A DNA stretch of 64,000 bases from a virus. Lineage: Duplodnaviria > Caudoviricetes. Below, piece by piece: positions 30,148 to 40,181 of this stretch; within the stretch, counting starts at the first letter, position 1; each line of letters starts with the position of its first letter. The stretch lies in the IMG/VR virus record IMGVR_UViG_3300042258_000341, positions 132,979 through 196,978 of that record; one strand, 5' to 3'. A program made the position numbers and the translations under genes. The notes below the pieces were generated by a model that was not told where the DNA came from, made no database searches, and worked only from the letters and a program-made list of their open reading frames with translations.

Positions 30148-30831
30148 TTACGTTATTGCAGTTTTTCCGGTATCTTCCGACCCAGTAACCGAAGAAACGA
30201 GGAAATTAGACACTTCTTTTGCAGAAAGCATCCTATACGACATAAATTGCACAGAGCCTTCAGCATACAAGGGATTCCCCCCGGTAATTGTTTCTTTACT
30301 AAAAGCCCATCGGGTATTTTTTATCAAGAACAAAGGCTGAGTTTTAAACCATTTCCCTATTTGCACAGAGATGCAGGTGTTCGGTGTGAAATCATAATTA
30401 TTCGGGGCATGTACCATTCCCGGGACATCGCTTTCGAAAAGAGGGTAAGTACACTCCAAAAATTTCCTTACATTCTGTCTAACATCGATAGTTCTTTCTG
30501 TAGCATAAAACCTTAATTGTAAAGAGAATACAAATTTATCCGAATTTGCCCATGTCGCAATTGTGGATTGAATTGTTTTAAATTGTCGATTTATCATCCC
30601 ATTACCGGAAGCCCCCGCTAAGGCTCCGATTTCATTCATAAATCGGTTTGCGGATTTCATAATCCCGCCGTAAGCATCTTCCCCCGGCTCCCCGTAAGTT
30701 GCACTGCCTTCGACATAAAAAACATCGGAAGCTAAAGCAGACATAGCCTCTCTGCCTCCGTTCGCAGTCGGAAAACAGATAATAACTTTAGCATTTTCAT
30801 TTCTTTTCAGGATATCAACAAGTAATTCCAT
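30148..30831 (-). CDS. Tail tube cap / baseplate protein (gp48-like)
   Basis: Directly downstream of the tape measure gene; tube-fold-like pattern (FSLQLRFY...VQIGKWF...PLYAEGSVQF). Confidence 0.55.
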   Translation of the reverse strand: MELLVDILKRNENAKVIICFPTANGGREAMSALASDVFYVEGSATYGEPGEDAYGGIMKSANRFMNEIGALAGASGNGMINRQFKTIQSTIATWANSDKFVFSLQLRFYATERTIDVRQNVRKFLECTYPLFESDVPGMVHAPNNYDFTPNTCISVQIGKWFKTQPLFLIKNTRWAFSKETITGGNPLYAEGSVQFMSYRMLSAKEVSNFLVSSVTGSEDTGKTAIT

Positions 30832-30833
30832 TT

Positions 30834-33800
30834 TTAATCACCTATAAACATTTTTTGCAATAAATGTAAAGAAATATCATCGATTTCCGGGCTACTTGTG
30901 CCGGGTTGATTCGAAGATCCTGTAGACATTTGCGAAGCCCCGAATAAATTGGACATTCCACTCAACATTTGAGACATGCTTTGTTTCATAGTTCCAGCAA
31001 TAGAAGCTTCCGGGGAATTTGCTTTTGTTACTTCCGGAGTCGGAGCTGCTTTGGACTCCACTTGAGCTTGTGTTTTTGTAGCACTTACCGGAGTAATATT
31101 TGCAGCGGTCGCATATTCTTGCGATACGTCCGGACTTAACTCAGAGAGAGAAGCTAAAAGAGCTTGATTTTTCTCTTTCCATTCCGGAGAAATAAAAGCT
31201 TCTTGTTTATTATCTTGTTTTTTTGCAACCACTTGCGGGGTTTTTCCTGTTTCTTCAACAGGAGTTAATACCGGAGGTGAATATTGTGGAGACACATCAG
31301 GTTGTTTATTATCTTCTTTTACAGAAACAGGGGAAACATCCGGCATGGGTTCGCCTTCAGGGTGTTCTGCGGTATATGCCCCTTTATATTTAAACTCTGT
31401 CGTCGGTTTTTGTTCGTATTTCTTAAATCCCGGCATAAAGGTTTGCACATTTTTCATCTGAAGGTCTCTCCAGTTGAAATTTTCAACTGTCTTTTTATAT
31501 TCTGCACCTATTTCACCCGGTAAAAGACCAGCCGCAGCACCCATAATTCCAGTAACCGCTTGATTACCCCAATCCGCAGCAGAAGTTAAAAAAGATTTTG
31601 CCCCGCTTGCAACCGTTTCAACAATACCTCCGGAGTTTGCAGATGGGTTTCCGGGAGTTACATTTGTATCTTTTGAAGACACCCCTTTATTTAGCCCTAG
31701 TTTCACGCTTTCATCTGCTCTTCGAATTACAACTTGATCAGGGGAATACCATTTTCGAGTAACTTTATTACTGGTATTCCCACCCAAAGCTTCTATTTTT
31801 ATTAAGCCATGATCATCAACTTTAACGGTTCCGGTAGCCAACATAACATGCCCACCGGTTTTCCCGTAACCTTTGTCCCGGTGCTCAACCAAAACATCGC
31901 CTTTTTTTACGTCCAAAGCATCTTCGACTCTTTTACCCCATTTAAGGTAAGAATTAGCAACATTAGAACCTGAACCTTGAATTCCCGCATGTTGTAGAGT
32001 TGACCCTACAAAAGCCGCACACCACGGGGTTGTTGCTGGGTCTAAATTTCGACCACCATCTTTTAAATATTGTTTTACCGCTTGCCTGTCTTTGACTTCA
32101 TGCAACCCCTCCATACTTAATGCGAAATCAAAAGCCTTACTCTGTAAAACTGCAGGGTCTTCCATTGCCTTAGCAATAATTTCAGAAGAAGAAGTTAATT
32201 TGTCGGTTTCTGATGAAGCCTCCGCTTTTTCTATTTCTTTTTTCATATTTTGTAAAGGAGTAGAAGGAACAGCAGGAGTAGAAGGAACAGCAGGAGTAGA
32301 AGGAACAGCAGGAGTAGAAGGAACAGCAGGAGTAGAAGGAACAGCAGGAGTAGAAGGAACAGCAGGAGTAGAAGGAACAGCCACAGGACTTATCGATTGT
32401 GGCTGCATTTCCGGCATTGCGGGAGTTTGTGTATAATTTTGAACTCCTGCGGTCTCCCGGGCGTTCGCTCCCAAAGGGGTTTGTAAATTCTGTGTTTTAG
32501 TTACGGGGGCGGAAGTTTCTTTTCGACCCCTTGTAAGAAAAGACATCCCCAAGAATGCTGCAATTCCTTTTACAAAATCATCTTTCAAGAAAGAATAAAT
32601 TTTATCAAACCATTCTTCTAATTTACGATCTCGGTAATCTTGTTCTCTTTTTGCTTCTTTTGCTAAATCTGCAGATTGTTCTTTTAAAGAAACAACAGCT
32701 TCTGTGGTTTCTTGCACTGCTTTTTGATTTTCCTGAGCAATGGAATCTGCAACTGTTTTTTCTTTCACCGGAGCATTTATGTCTTTAAATTCTTCCCGCA
32801 ATATAGCACGAATTTCTTTTTGCGACTTACCTTCTTTTTTAAGATAGTCGTAAACTTTTTTACGCTCGTCTTTACGGACTTCCACATCCGCCATTTTATT
32901 TATGTCTCCGTATTTTTCCTGTACTTGAGATCGAGCCTCTTTTGTAGAAACTCCTTTCTTTTTTAATTTATCGAAATATGCAGCACGTTCTTCTTTTAAC
33001 TCTTTTCTTTTTTTTGCAACTTCTTTTCTTCTAAATTCGGCAATTAAGTTTTGCTGGACTCTTTCTTGAACTCTTTGACCTATTTCATCATCCCCAGCTT
33101 TTTCTTTTGCAAAAGCCATTTGTTTTTCCCCGAGAGATTGCGGGGTTGCTTTCCCTAACAATTTTTCGGTCACATAAGAAGTAGCCATATACCCGCCGAC
33201 AGCTCCGGCAGCTCCGCCAAAACCAAAAGTGGTCAACCCGCCGAGAGTAGCCCCAACAGCACCCCCAGCATAATTCAATCCGTGTTTCAAAAAAGACTTT
33301 GCCGCTTCTTTGTAATTACCTTCACCTAAATCAGTGGATATTTCATCCACAGCAAATCCTGCCGCGATAGCAGGCCCTAATGCTTTCCCTGCAAATTTAA
33401 AAGCTTGTGTGGCTTTCGAAGCCCCTTTGATAGCTGTTTTAGCTGCAACTTGAGCTTTATTTAAATTCTTTGCCGTTTCTGTAAGAGCCTTTGCTTCCGA
33501 AGATGCTGCAGCGGAAGTTCCTTTCGGAAACACATTCTTTATTTTTTCAATTCCTGTTTTTGCAATATTTACGGTTTTATCTTTTGCAGAAACCATAAGG
33601 TCTTTTGCTTTCGAAACCATCCCCGGTTTTGTAGCTGCTTGTGTTGGAGTGGCAGGGGTGGGGGTCGGAGTTACTGTCGGGGCAGGAGTCGGGGGAGCCA
33701 TGTTCACATTTGTAATCCCGGGAGTATTTGTAATTGTAGAAACTCCCGGAGCTTGTGTCATAACATTTGCAGGGGTTGTAACTGCAGATGTAGGTAATGC

Positions 33801-35060
33801 CGGGGCACCTGCAGGAACCCCTTTTAAACCTTGCACAAAATTCTGAACTTTTTTAGCGGCTACATAACCCGCCCCAACAGCCCCGGCACCCGTTGTTCCA
33901 ACTGCTAATGCTTGTGCTTTATGTTCGTTTTCAGGTCGAGTCATCCACCAAAAAGGCGAATTTAAATACGATTCCCAGCCTTCACCTTTAAAAGCTTTTT
34001 CTTGATCTTTTTCAAGGCGTTCATCTTCTTTCTTTTCTTTTTCTGCTTTTCTTTTCCTGCCTTCTGTAAAATCCACGGCTTTTTGTTTTGCTTCTTTTGC
34101 CGCTTGTTTTTTAGCGGCTTCTTCCCCTAATTGTGGAATTAATTCTTTTTCACGTTCTTTTTGTTCCGCTTTTATTTTGGCAAACGCTTTTTTTTGTAAT
34201 TCGTGTTTTTGTATTTCAAGATTTGTTTCAGCTATTTCTTTATCATTTTCAGCTTCTTCAAGTTCTTTTTTATCTACCAACAACTCTTGCACTTTGTCGT
34301 AAGTAAGTTTAGCCGCAATTGCCACCAACCCTATTTTTGCAGCAATACCGGCATAAGGAATAGCAGCTAACATCCGGAAACCATCAGCAACCCCTCGAAA
34401 GACATTTCCCGCTTCATTCAATCCCAGCATGTTTAAAAGACCCTGCCCCAAACCGCCAGCAGCCGCTTTAAATTCTTTCTTTTGTTTTTCTTGATATTCC
34501 AATTCTTTTTTACGGGAATATTCATTGCTGCTTTCAACTTCTTCGAGTAATTCAGAAGTTAAATCCGTAATTACTTTATTGTGTTTAACAACAGCCTCTT
34601 CTGCAACCCTGTGCCGCATAGCGGCTTGTTCAGAAGAAACTTCTGTGGCTTTCATTAAACCTTCTGTGACTTTTAAGGTCTGCTCACTACTACTTTTCAC
34701 CGGGTTTAAGGTGTCTAAAACCGAAGTTAAAAGAGTCTTTATGTAAGTTACACCCGAGGCGATATCTTTTAAATCTTTACCTGAAGTTGTTTTTGTTACA
34801 CTTTCTTGAGGGAAAACAGAAGTGTCTATTAAATCCCGAGCTGTCTTCTTTTCTTCTTTTTCGGGCTTTTTCTTCAATTCACTTGCAATATCCGACAACA
34901 AAGAATTTGTCTCGAATGAAGTTTCTTTTGTGCCTTGTGCAGAAACAGCAAGAACTTGAACCGCTTTTTCGAGAAGAATATTTGTTTTTTCTTCTCCGGC
35001 ATTAGGCCTAATATTTTCTTCGTTTTCGATTTGTTCAAGTTCTTTTGGAATAAATTTCAT
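30834..35060 (-). CDS. Tape measure protein with NlpC/P60-type (TIGR02594-like) cell-wall amidase domain
   Basis: Long Ala/Gly/Lys-rich helical protein; PWCAAFV...GHV...LGGN. Start probably MKFIPK at 35060 (ORF track extends to 35135). Confidence 0.85.
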   Translation of the reverse strand: MKFIPKELEQIENEENIRPNAGEEKTNILLEKAVQVLAVSAQGTKETSFETNSLLSDIASELKKKPEKEEKKTARDLIDTSVFPQESVTKTTSGKDLKDIASGVTYIKTLLTSVLDTLNPVKSSSEQTLKVTEGLMKATEVSSEQAAMRHRVAEEAVVKHNKVITDLTSELLEEVESSNEYSRKKELEYQEKQKKEFKAAAGGLGQGLLNMLGLNEAGNVFRGVADGFRMLAAIPYAGIAAKIGLVAIAAKLTYDKVQELLVDKKELEEAENDKEIAETNLEIQKHELQKKAFAKIKAEQKEREKELIPQLGEEAAKKQAAKEAKQKAVDFTEGRKRKAEKEKKEDERLEKDQEKAFKGEGWESYLNSPFWWMTRPENEHKAQALAVGTTGAGAVGAGYVAAKKVQNFVQGLKGVPAGAPALPTSAVTTPANVMTQAPGVSTITNTPGITNVNMAPPTPAPTVTPTPTPATPTQAATKPGMVSKAKDLMVSAKDKTVNIAKTGIEKIKNVFPKGTSAAASSEAKALTETAKNLNKAQVAAKTAIKGASKATQAFKFAGKALGPAIAAGFAVDEISTDLGEGNYKEAAKSFLKHGLNYAGGAVGATLGGLTTFGFGGAAGAVGGYMATSYVTEKLLGKATPQSLGEKQMAFAKEKAGDDEIGQRVQERVQQNLIAEFRRKEVAKKRKELKEERAAYFDKLKKKGVSTKEARSQVQEKYGDINKMADVEVRKDERKKVYDYLKKEGKSQKEIRAILREEFKDINAPVKEKTVADSIAQENQKAVQETTEAVVSLKEQSADLAKEAKREQDYRDRKLEEWFDKIYSFLKDDFVKGIAAFLGMSFLTRGRKETSAPVTKTQNLQTPLGANARETAGVQNYTQTPAMPEMQPQSISPVAVPSTPAVPSTPAVPSTPAVPSTPAVPSTPAVPSTPAVPSTPLQNMKKEIEKAEASSETDKLTSSSEIIAKAMEDPAVLQSKAFDFALSMEGLHEVKDRQAVKQYLKDGGRNLDPATTPWCAAFVGSTLQHAGIQGSGSNVANSYLKWGKRVEDALDVKKGDVLVEHRDKGYGKTGGHVMLATGTVKVDDHGLIKIEALGGNTSNKVTRKWYSPDQVVIRRADESVKLGLNKGVSSKDTNVTPGNPSANSGGIVETVASGAKSFLTSAADWGNQAVTGIMGAAAGLLPGEIGAEYKKTVENFNWRDLQMKNVQTFMPGFKKYEQKPTTEFKYKGAYTAEHPEGEPMPDVSPVSVKEDNKQPDVSPQYSPPVLTPVEETGKTPQVVAKKQDNKQEAFISPEWKEKNQALLASLSELSPDVSQEYATAANITPVSATKTQAQVESKAAPTPEVTKANSPEASIAGTMKQSMSQMLSGMSNLFGASQMSTGSSNQPGTSSPEIDDISLHLLQKMFIGD
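32256..32381 (-). repeat. Seven perfect 18-bp tandem repeats encoding (AVPSTP)n
   Basis: AGGAGTAGAAGGAACAGC x7 on the plus strand. Confidence 0.95.
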
Positions 35061-35166
35061 AAAACCATCCCCCGGTATATTTGTATGAAAACTATCACCT
35101 AAATATAGGAAAGAGTGCCAGATATTCCCGGGCACTCTTTCCGTCTAACATGAAGTAAAAATAAAC

Positions 35167-35334
35167 TTACATACTGTTCAATTGCATTTGTCTGTTTTGT
35201 TCTGCAATCATTTTAGAATACTCTGCATTTAAATAACAGATTTCTCCGTAATCCATATCATTCAGATGGTTAGGGCTTATTTTTAGACCCAGAACCAAAC
35301 CGAATTCTATCTTTAGGAGTCCGTCGATCTCCAC
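35167..35334 (-). CDS. Tail assembly chaperone downstream segment (gpT-like), probably frameshift-expressed
   Basis: 55-codon frame VEIDGLLKIEFGLVLGLKISPNHLNDMDYGEI...NSM* overlapping the end of 35270..36196 in the +1 frame, starting right after CCC TTT T. Confidence 0.65.
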   Translation of the reverse strand: MEIDGLLKIEFGLVLGLKISPNHLNDMDYGEICYLNAEYSKMIAEQNRQMQLNSM

Positions 35335-36196
35335 AAAAGGGTTGGACTATTAAGTCCGGATCCCCCAACTCAATTCTGTTTTCAAAGTCACAATGCACTA
35401 GTTTTTCGATCTCAACCCCATCGATAAATTCAGAGGTCGGGGCTTCTTTGTTTTGACATTTAAGTCGAAGAGTCGCCAAGCCGTGATAAAAAACTTTATT
35501 AAGCTCTTCGAGAACCTGCGAATCTTCAGGATTGGCTCCGAAAAGAATATCGTAAGCTTGTTCGAACTCATGTGACCGACACTGTGCAGCAAGGATTGCA
35601 ACTGAATCTTTTTCTTTACCTTCTTTGAAGAGGGTGAAGAAATCTTTTAAAGTAAGAGGGGTGAAAGACATTTCATGATCTTTAATTTCTAAAATTGCGG
35701 GAAGTTCGGGGACTTCTATTTCATCAAAATCCAAAGCATCCAGCATAATATGGTGTTGATTTTTATGTTCGCATTTAAGACAATTGAAAGTAATCAACAA
35801 ATCGTTGTTCCCGACTGAAGACATTTTTCTCAAAAGAGCGATGAATAAAAAGTCTTGGAAGGTTAAATCTTCTTTATCCATTCCGGAGACAGTGATTCCT
35901 TCGAGGATAAATTCATATCTTTGCTTTATTGAAAGCTTGGATTGTGAGAATTTTTTCAGCTCCCCAAATTTGTAAGGAGAGTAAGAAATTTCAACTCCTT
36001 GTGGATAAGGAAGGAATTTAGAAGGTAGTTGTTTAAGATTTACAACGGGAAGGTAGGGTTCTTTTTTTTCAACATTTTTTGTGGGCTTTTCTTCCGTCAC
36101 TTGTGCAGTAACGGTTTCAAGAGAAGGTTGAATAAGAGATTCGGTTTGCGTTTGCAACTCTTGGGGGACAAAAAAAGGTTTTTTAGCTTCCGCCAT
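35270..36196 (-). CDS. Tail assembly chaperone / baseplate hub assembly protein (gp26/gp51-like)
   Basis: LPSKFLPY, L...D..FI.L.R, CxxC; located between tube-like gene and tape measure. Confidence 0.75.
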   Translation of the reverse strand: MAEAKKPFFVPQELQTQTESLIQPSLETVTAQVTEEKPTKNVEKKEPYLPVVNLKQLPSKFLPYPQGVEISYSPYKFGELKKFSQSKLSIKQRYEFILEGITVSGMDKEDLTFQDFLFIALLRKMSSVGNNDLLITFNCLKCEHKNQHHIMLDALDFDEIEVPELPAILEIKDHEMSFTPLTLKDFFTLFKEGKEKDSVAILAAQCRSHEFEQAYDILFGANPEDSQVLEELNKVFYHGLATLRLKCQNKEAPTSEFIDGVEIEKLVHCDFENRIELGDPDLIVQPFCGDRRTPKDRIRFGSGSKNKP

Positions 36197-36250
36197 TTAA
36201 AAAATTCTCCTGTTTTTATTTTCTTACAAATATTTTTGAATTTAAATGAA

Positions 36251-36820
36251 TTAACGTGTTGTTGCAGGAAATCTACTTTGCGCACCTATTATCTCATGCC
36301 CAGCGACAGACAAGGTAATACTAAGTTTCTTTGCTGTTGAGTTGGAATTTTGAGACACATTCAGATTGCCTTTCGGGAATACATAATATCGGTTTGTATG
36401 CATCACTTCTTTTTGCGGAGAGAGTCTTGCGACTTCCAATATTTTTACCACATCCATTAAAGGGGTCACTTCCAAATGATCCGGGAACATACTATCATAC
36501 CAGTAACGCAACCAAGTTTCAAGAGTATGATTGTAATCATCGTAAAATTCTACAGAAATTTGTCTTAACCCTGCAGCTTTAGGTATTTCTGTTTGTATTA
36601 CATGGTGATTAACATTATGCGTTTCAATATTGTATACCGGCTCATCTACCGAAGAAGCTGGAAACCATTTGTCGAAAGGGTAAGGACAAGCACCCCCGCC
36701 TTTAGGTAATAAGGGGTCTGAACTAAAAGGCGAATTTAAAAACCGGATATCCCACAAATATGTGACAGCCCAGTTACCGACTCCTCGAACTTGATCTATA
36801 TCTTTAAGATGAATTGTCAT
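36251..36820 (-). CDS. Tail tube-like protein (gp19/gp54 family)
   Basis: Probable start MTIHLKD; YLWDIRF, ISVEFYDD..H....W..W, YYVFP. Confidence 0.7.
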   Translation of the reverse strand: MTIHLKDIDQVRGVGNWAVTYLWDIRFLNSPFSSDPLLPKGGGACPYPFDKWFPASSVDEPVYNIETHNVNHHVIQTEIPKAAGLRQISVEFYDDYNHTLETWLRYWYDSMFPDHLEVTPLMDVVKILEVARLSPQKEVMHTNRYYVFPKGNLNVSQNSNSTAKKLSITLSVAGHEIIGAQSRFPATTR

Positions 36821-36894
36821 AAAAAATACCTGCCTATCTCTTGTGAAGATAAACAGGTAAATAAAAGAGAGGATACTATGGAAAACTAACTTAA

Positions 36895-37149
36895 TTATTC
36901 TACAGTTATTTTTGTTTTCGGGATACAAGTCTGCATTTTTTTTGCACATTCTTCGCAGTAGCAACTTCGGATATAATTGTCTTCAAGATCAATTATAACA
37001 TGTTTATCTTCCGAAATAGCGTCTGCATTGCACAAGTCACACACAACTTCTGTGCCCATATTTGCAACAACCTCGCCGTTTACAGAAATATTTCTTTCTG
37101 CCGGGGGGAACAGTTCAAAGAAGTTTTCAGCGGTTATTTCAAGTAACAT
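36895..37149 (-). CDS. Small Zn-binding hypothetical protein
   Basis: CDLC...CYCEEC; AAAGGA RBS. Confidence 0.6.
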   Translation of the reverse strand: MLLEITAENFFELFPPAERNISVNGEVVANMGTEVVCDLCNADAISEDKHVIIDLEDNYIRSCYCEECAKKMQTCIPKTKITVE

Positions 37150-37167
37150 ATTTGTATTTCCTTTCTT

Positions 37168-38310
37168 TTAAAGAAGATAGTCGGAAAGTTGAATTCTTCT
37201 CGGAACAGCTATTGCTTCTGAGATTACTTTGGGCGTGGGTGCCCGGTTTTCTCCTTTTTCAAAATAATTTTCGGGGACAAATGCGGTTACAACAATATCT
37301 GCAGCTCCGGGAATTATTTTTGAAATTCCAACAACAAAAGTCACATCGAATCCCATATTTTTTTCCGAAACCATTACATTTTTTACAATAGGTTTCACAT
37401 TTGCCCGGGGATTATCTATTTTTGGTTTTTGTTCAACAGGCACTTCTTCTTTAGAAGGTCGGGCGCACTTTTTACAAGACAAGTATCTCCCAGAAGGGGC
37501 TTTATTATCTCTCCAGAAAGCTTCTAAAGGTTTCCATGTTTCACATTTAGCACAATATTTTGAGGTTTCTGTGAACATGTAAGTAATACCGATTTCTTTT
37601 TTCTCGAATTGTTCCAGCAAATATCTTTGTTTTGTTTTTTCCAAAACTTCAGGCTTGATAGTTACTACCGGAGGTTTCATTGTAACAGGTTTGGTTTCTT
37701 CTTTCTGAAGAGCGGGTGTAGACTTACTGTATTTACTATTAAAACATTTTGCACAGGAATCCGCTCTCCCGGAACAGTTTTTTGGGTTTTTATGAAAATC
37801 CCCCAAAGGTTTCCAAGTATCACAATGTTTACAGTATTTGGTTGTTTCTGTGTAAAGTTTCGCCCCAGAAATTTTTCCAGCCCGATATTCTTGCATGAGT
37901 TGATGTTGTTTAAAGGCGACATCTAAAGAACTATCCTCAACGACAAGGTTCCCGTTATTTATTTCTTTTATTTTTACTTCCATATCTTTTCCTTCTTTCT
38001 TTATTTCTTCAGAGGTGTTGGGGACAATAGGCTTCTTTTTGAATTCGTCTACAATCTTTTCATCATAAACACAAGAATTGCAGACATTTGTGAAATTGAA
38101 AAGAACATTTTTTTCTTTTTTTCGAGAAAATTCTTTGAATGGTTTCCATGTTTGACACTTAGAACATTGCTTCAATTCATTCCCGAAAAGAAGCTGCATT
38201 TTTTCTGCATACTCCGAATCCGAAAGGGGCTGATCAGGTTGTTTTTGCAATTGTTTTATATATGCTTTTTTCAATGCCTGTCCAATTACGGGAATATCTT
38301 TTACCAGCAT
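37168..38310 (-). CDS. Protein with three repeated CxxC/CxxC zinc-finger modules
   Basis: K.C.KC.TWKP...F......C..C three times; AAGGAG RBS. Confidence 0.75.
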   Translation of the reverse strand: MLVKDIPVIGQALKKAYIKQLQKQPDQPLSDSEYAEKMQLLFGNELKQCSKCQTWKPFKEFSRKKEKNVLFNFTNVCNSCVYDEKIVDEFKKKPIVPNTSEEIKKEGKDMEVKIKEINNGNLVVEDSSLDVAFKQHQLMQEYRAGKISGAKLYTETTKYCKHCDTWKPLGDFHKNPKNCSGRADSCAKCFNSKYSKSTPALQKEETKPVTMKPPVVTIKPEVLEKTKQRYLLEQFEKKEIGITYMFTETSKYCAKCETWKPLEAFWRDNKAPSGRYLSCKKCARPSKEEVPVEQKPKIDNPRANVKPIVKNVMVSEKNMGFDVTFVVGISKIIPGAADIVVTAFVPENYFEKGENRAPTPKVISEAIAVPRRIQLSDYLL

Positions 38311-38319
38311 AGAATATCT

Positions 38320-38375
38320 TCTCCTTTATTTCTGTCTTATTTATATATAGTAAAAAATTGAAGAAATTTTCAAAC
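38320..38375 (-). promoter_or_regulatory. Putative promoter sharing a conserved motif with the rIIA promoter
   Basis: Minus strand TTGAAA...TTTTTACTATATATAAATAAGACAGAAATAAAGGAG, near-identical to 60146-60182. Confidence 0.6.
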
Positions 38376-40181
38376 TTTTTTATTTTTCTTTAAATAATTA
38401 ACAGCTATTTCAAAAGCTTCTTCGTTTATCTCTGTTTCCGCTTCCAAATCATTTACAGAAAGCTCTCTTATTTGTATTTCTTCCGGTTTAGCGGGAGTCC
38501 CATCTGTTTTATATAGATTGTCAATAATTTCATCTTGTGTTCTCAATCCCCGGGCATCAAGAATTTTCCCAGAAGGGTCTTTTACGGCATAATGTATGCT
38601 CATTGTATATCCATCAAAATCTTCTTCTTCAAAAGAAACTATTGGGAATCCGGTTTTTTCGTGAAGAGCTAAAGCAAATTCTGCACAATATCCTCTCATA
38701 AACATATCTAAATTAACCGAAGCTTTTTTCCCAAGTCGGATTTGTAAAAGATTTACAAATTCCCGGTATATATCTTGAGGCATTTCCTGATTCATAACAA
38801 AAGCCGCAAAAGCTTCTGCGAAGTCTTCAGAAGGATTATTCTCTCCGTATTCAGTTGTTGAGTGTGGGAGCTTAATTGTTTTATTCACAAAAGAATCCCA
38901 ATAATTAGCCCAATTTCTTATTGCAGAAATCGCTTCTTCGTAAAGAGCCTCTACATTTGCAAACTTAGGGTTTAATCCTTGGCTTTTGTAAAATTCAACT
39001 CTTCCCGGTTTAGGAAGGGCATATCTTGAAACTGCAAAAGCCTTTTCGTTTTCTTCTTTTGTTTCAAGAGTTTCAATTAAGAGAGGCAGATATTTTCCAA
39101 ACCAACCTAAACCCCATGAGGCTTGCGGGTCGAAAATGTTTTTAAAATATTCTCTTCGTAGAGTTTTTATATTCCCCGCTTTCCCCGAGGATTGTAAAAT
39201 AAAATCCAAAGCTTCTTTCATTTCAGAATTCTGTCTTAGTTTATTTGTGAATTTTCGATAATTGAATCTTGAGAAATCCGGGAACTCTTCATTTCGCATA
39301 GGATCATGAATTACCGGACAACAGGAAATTACCAATTTCTTCAATCCAGCAATGTCTTGGGAAGAAATCTTTTTTGTTCTGTTGTGGAAATGAGATGTCC
39401 ATCTTTGTCTTTGCGTTGGAGACAGAAATTTATAATACAGTCTGTGTGCCAATTCATGAGCAAAAGTATTCTCATATTTGTAAGAAGAATTCCATTGATT
39501 CGCCTTCATTACCACTATGTCTTTTGTATAAGAATAATATGCCCCGGCGGATAAATTCTTGTATTCTTTCTGGGATTCATTGTAAACTTGCCCCTCAAGA
39601 GGATTGCTTACAAATACAATAGGATTGTAAAAAACCTTTTCAAATCCCATTCTTTTTATTTTCTCAACAACAGGTTGAAGTTCCTGTAAAACTCTTTTCA
39701 TGTTTTCGTATTGAAATCCAGCATTTAAAACAGAGAAGCCGTTCCATTCAAAAGTGTCTTGTTTGTAACCTCTCCCTTTTAACTCTGTAAAAACAAAACC
39801 ATGCTTTTCAAAAATAGCCGTCAAATCTTCGTTTCGTAAAACAACATCTTGAAAAGTTTCACTTGGAATAGCTGGGTTTTTAGCATCTAACCACATTTCA
39901 ACTTGTAAAACTTTTACTTCAGAAAGAATCCAATCCCATTTTCGTAAAGAATCCAACCCATAAAAACAATACATGTAAAACTGAACTTTTTCATTTTCAG
40001 GATCATTTGCGCCGAGAAAAGTAGATAGTCTTAAATTCCAATTCTTTCGCCATTTCCCCATTTCTTCTTTAAATTCCGGGAAAGAAGAATTAAGACACAA
40101 TGACTTCCCGATTTTCAAAAAATTGGAAACCTTTGTGTAATCCTGTTCTGCTTTATGTAATTGGGAAAAAGATTTGATCAT
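38370..40181 (-). CDS. Tagged cargo: zincin metallopeptidase plus C-terminal Cys-His-Asp (papain/transglutaminase-like) domain
   Basis: MIKSFSQLHKA tag; HELAH and TEYG..N..EDFAEAF; after KKA: GYCAEFALAL...HY...LDARG. Confidence 0.7.
   Translation of the reverse strand: MIKSFSQLHKAEQDYTKVSNFLKIGKSLCLNSSFPEFKEEMGKWRKNWNLRLSTFLGANDPENEKVQFYMYCFYGLDSLRKWDWILSEVKVLQVEMWLDAKNPAIPSETFQDVVLRNEDLTAIFEKHGFVFTELKGRGYKQDTFEWNGFSVLNAGFQYENMKRVLQELQPVVEKIKRMGFEKVFYNPIVFVSNPLEGQVYNESQKEYKNLSAGAYYSYTKDIVVMKANQWNSSYKYENTFAHELAHRLYYKFLSPTQRQRWTSHFHNRTKKISSQDIAGLKKLVISCCPVIHDPMRNEEFPDFSRFNYRKFTNKLRQNSEMKEALDFILQSSGKAGNIKTLRREYFKNIFDPQASWGLGWFGKYLPLLIETLETKEENEKAFAVSRYALPKPGRVEFYKSQGLNPKFANVEALYEEAISAIRNWANYWDSFVNKTIKLPHSTTEYGENNPSEDFAEAFAAFVMNQEMPQDIYREFVNLLQIRLGKKASVNLDMFMRGYCAEFALALHEKTGFPIVSFEEEDFDGYTMSIHYAVKDPSGKILDARGLRTQDEIIDNLYKTDGTPAKPEEIQIRELSVNDLEAETEINEEAFEIAVNYLKKNKKV

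Noticed and set aside
19745-36820. Tail module as a bacterial T6SS, eCIS or tailocin locus
   Set aside because: It co-occurs with portal, rIIA/rIIB, DnaB, tape measure and fibre genes, with no host housekeeping genes, which indicates a phage genome.
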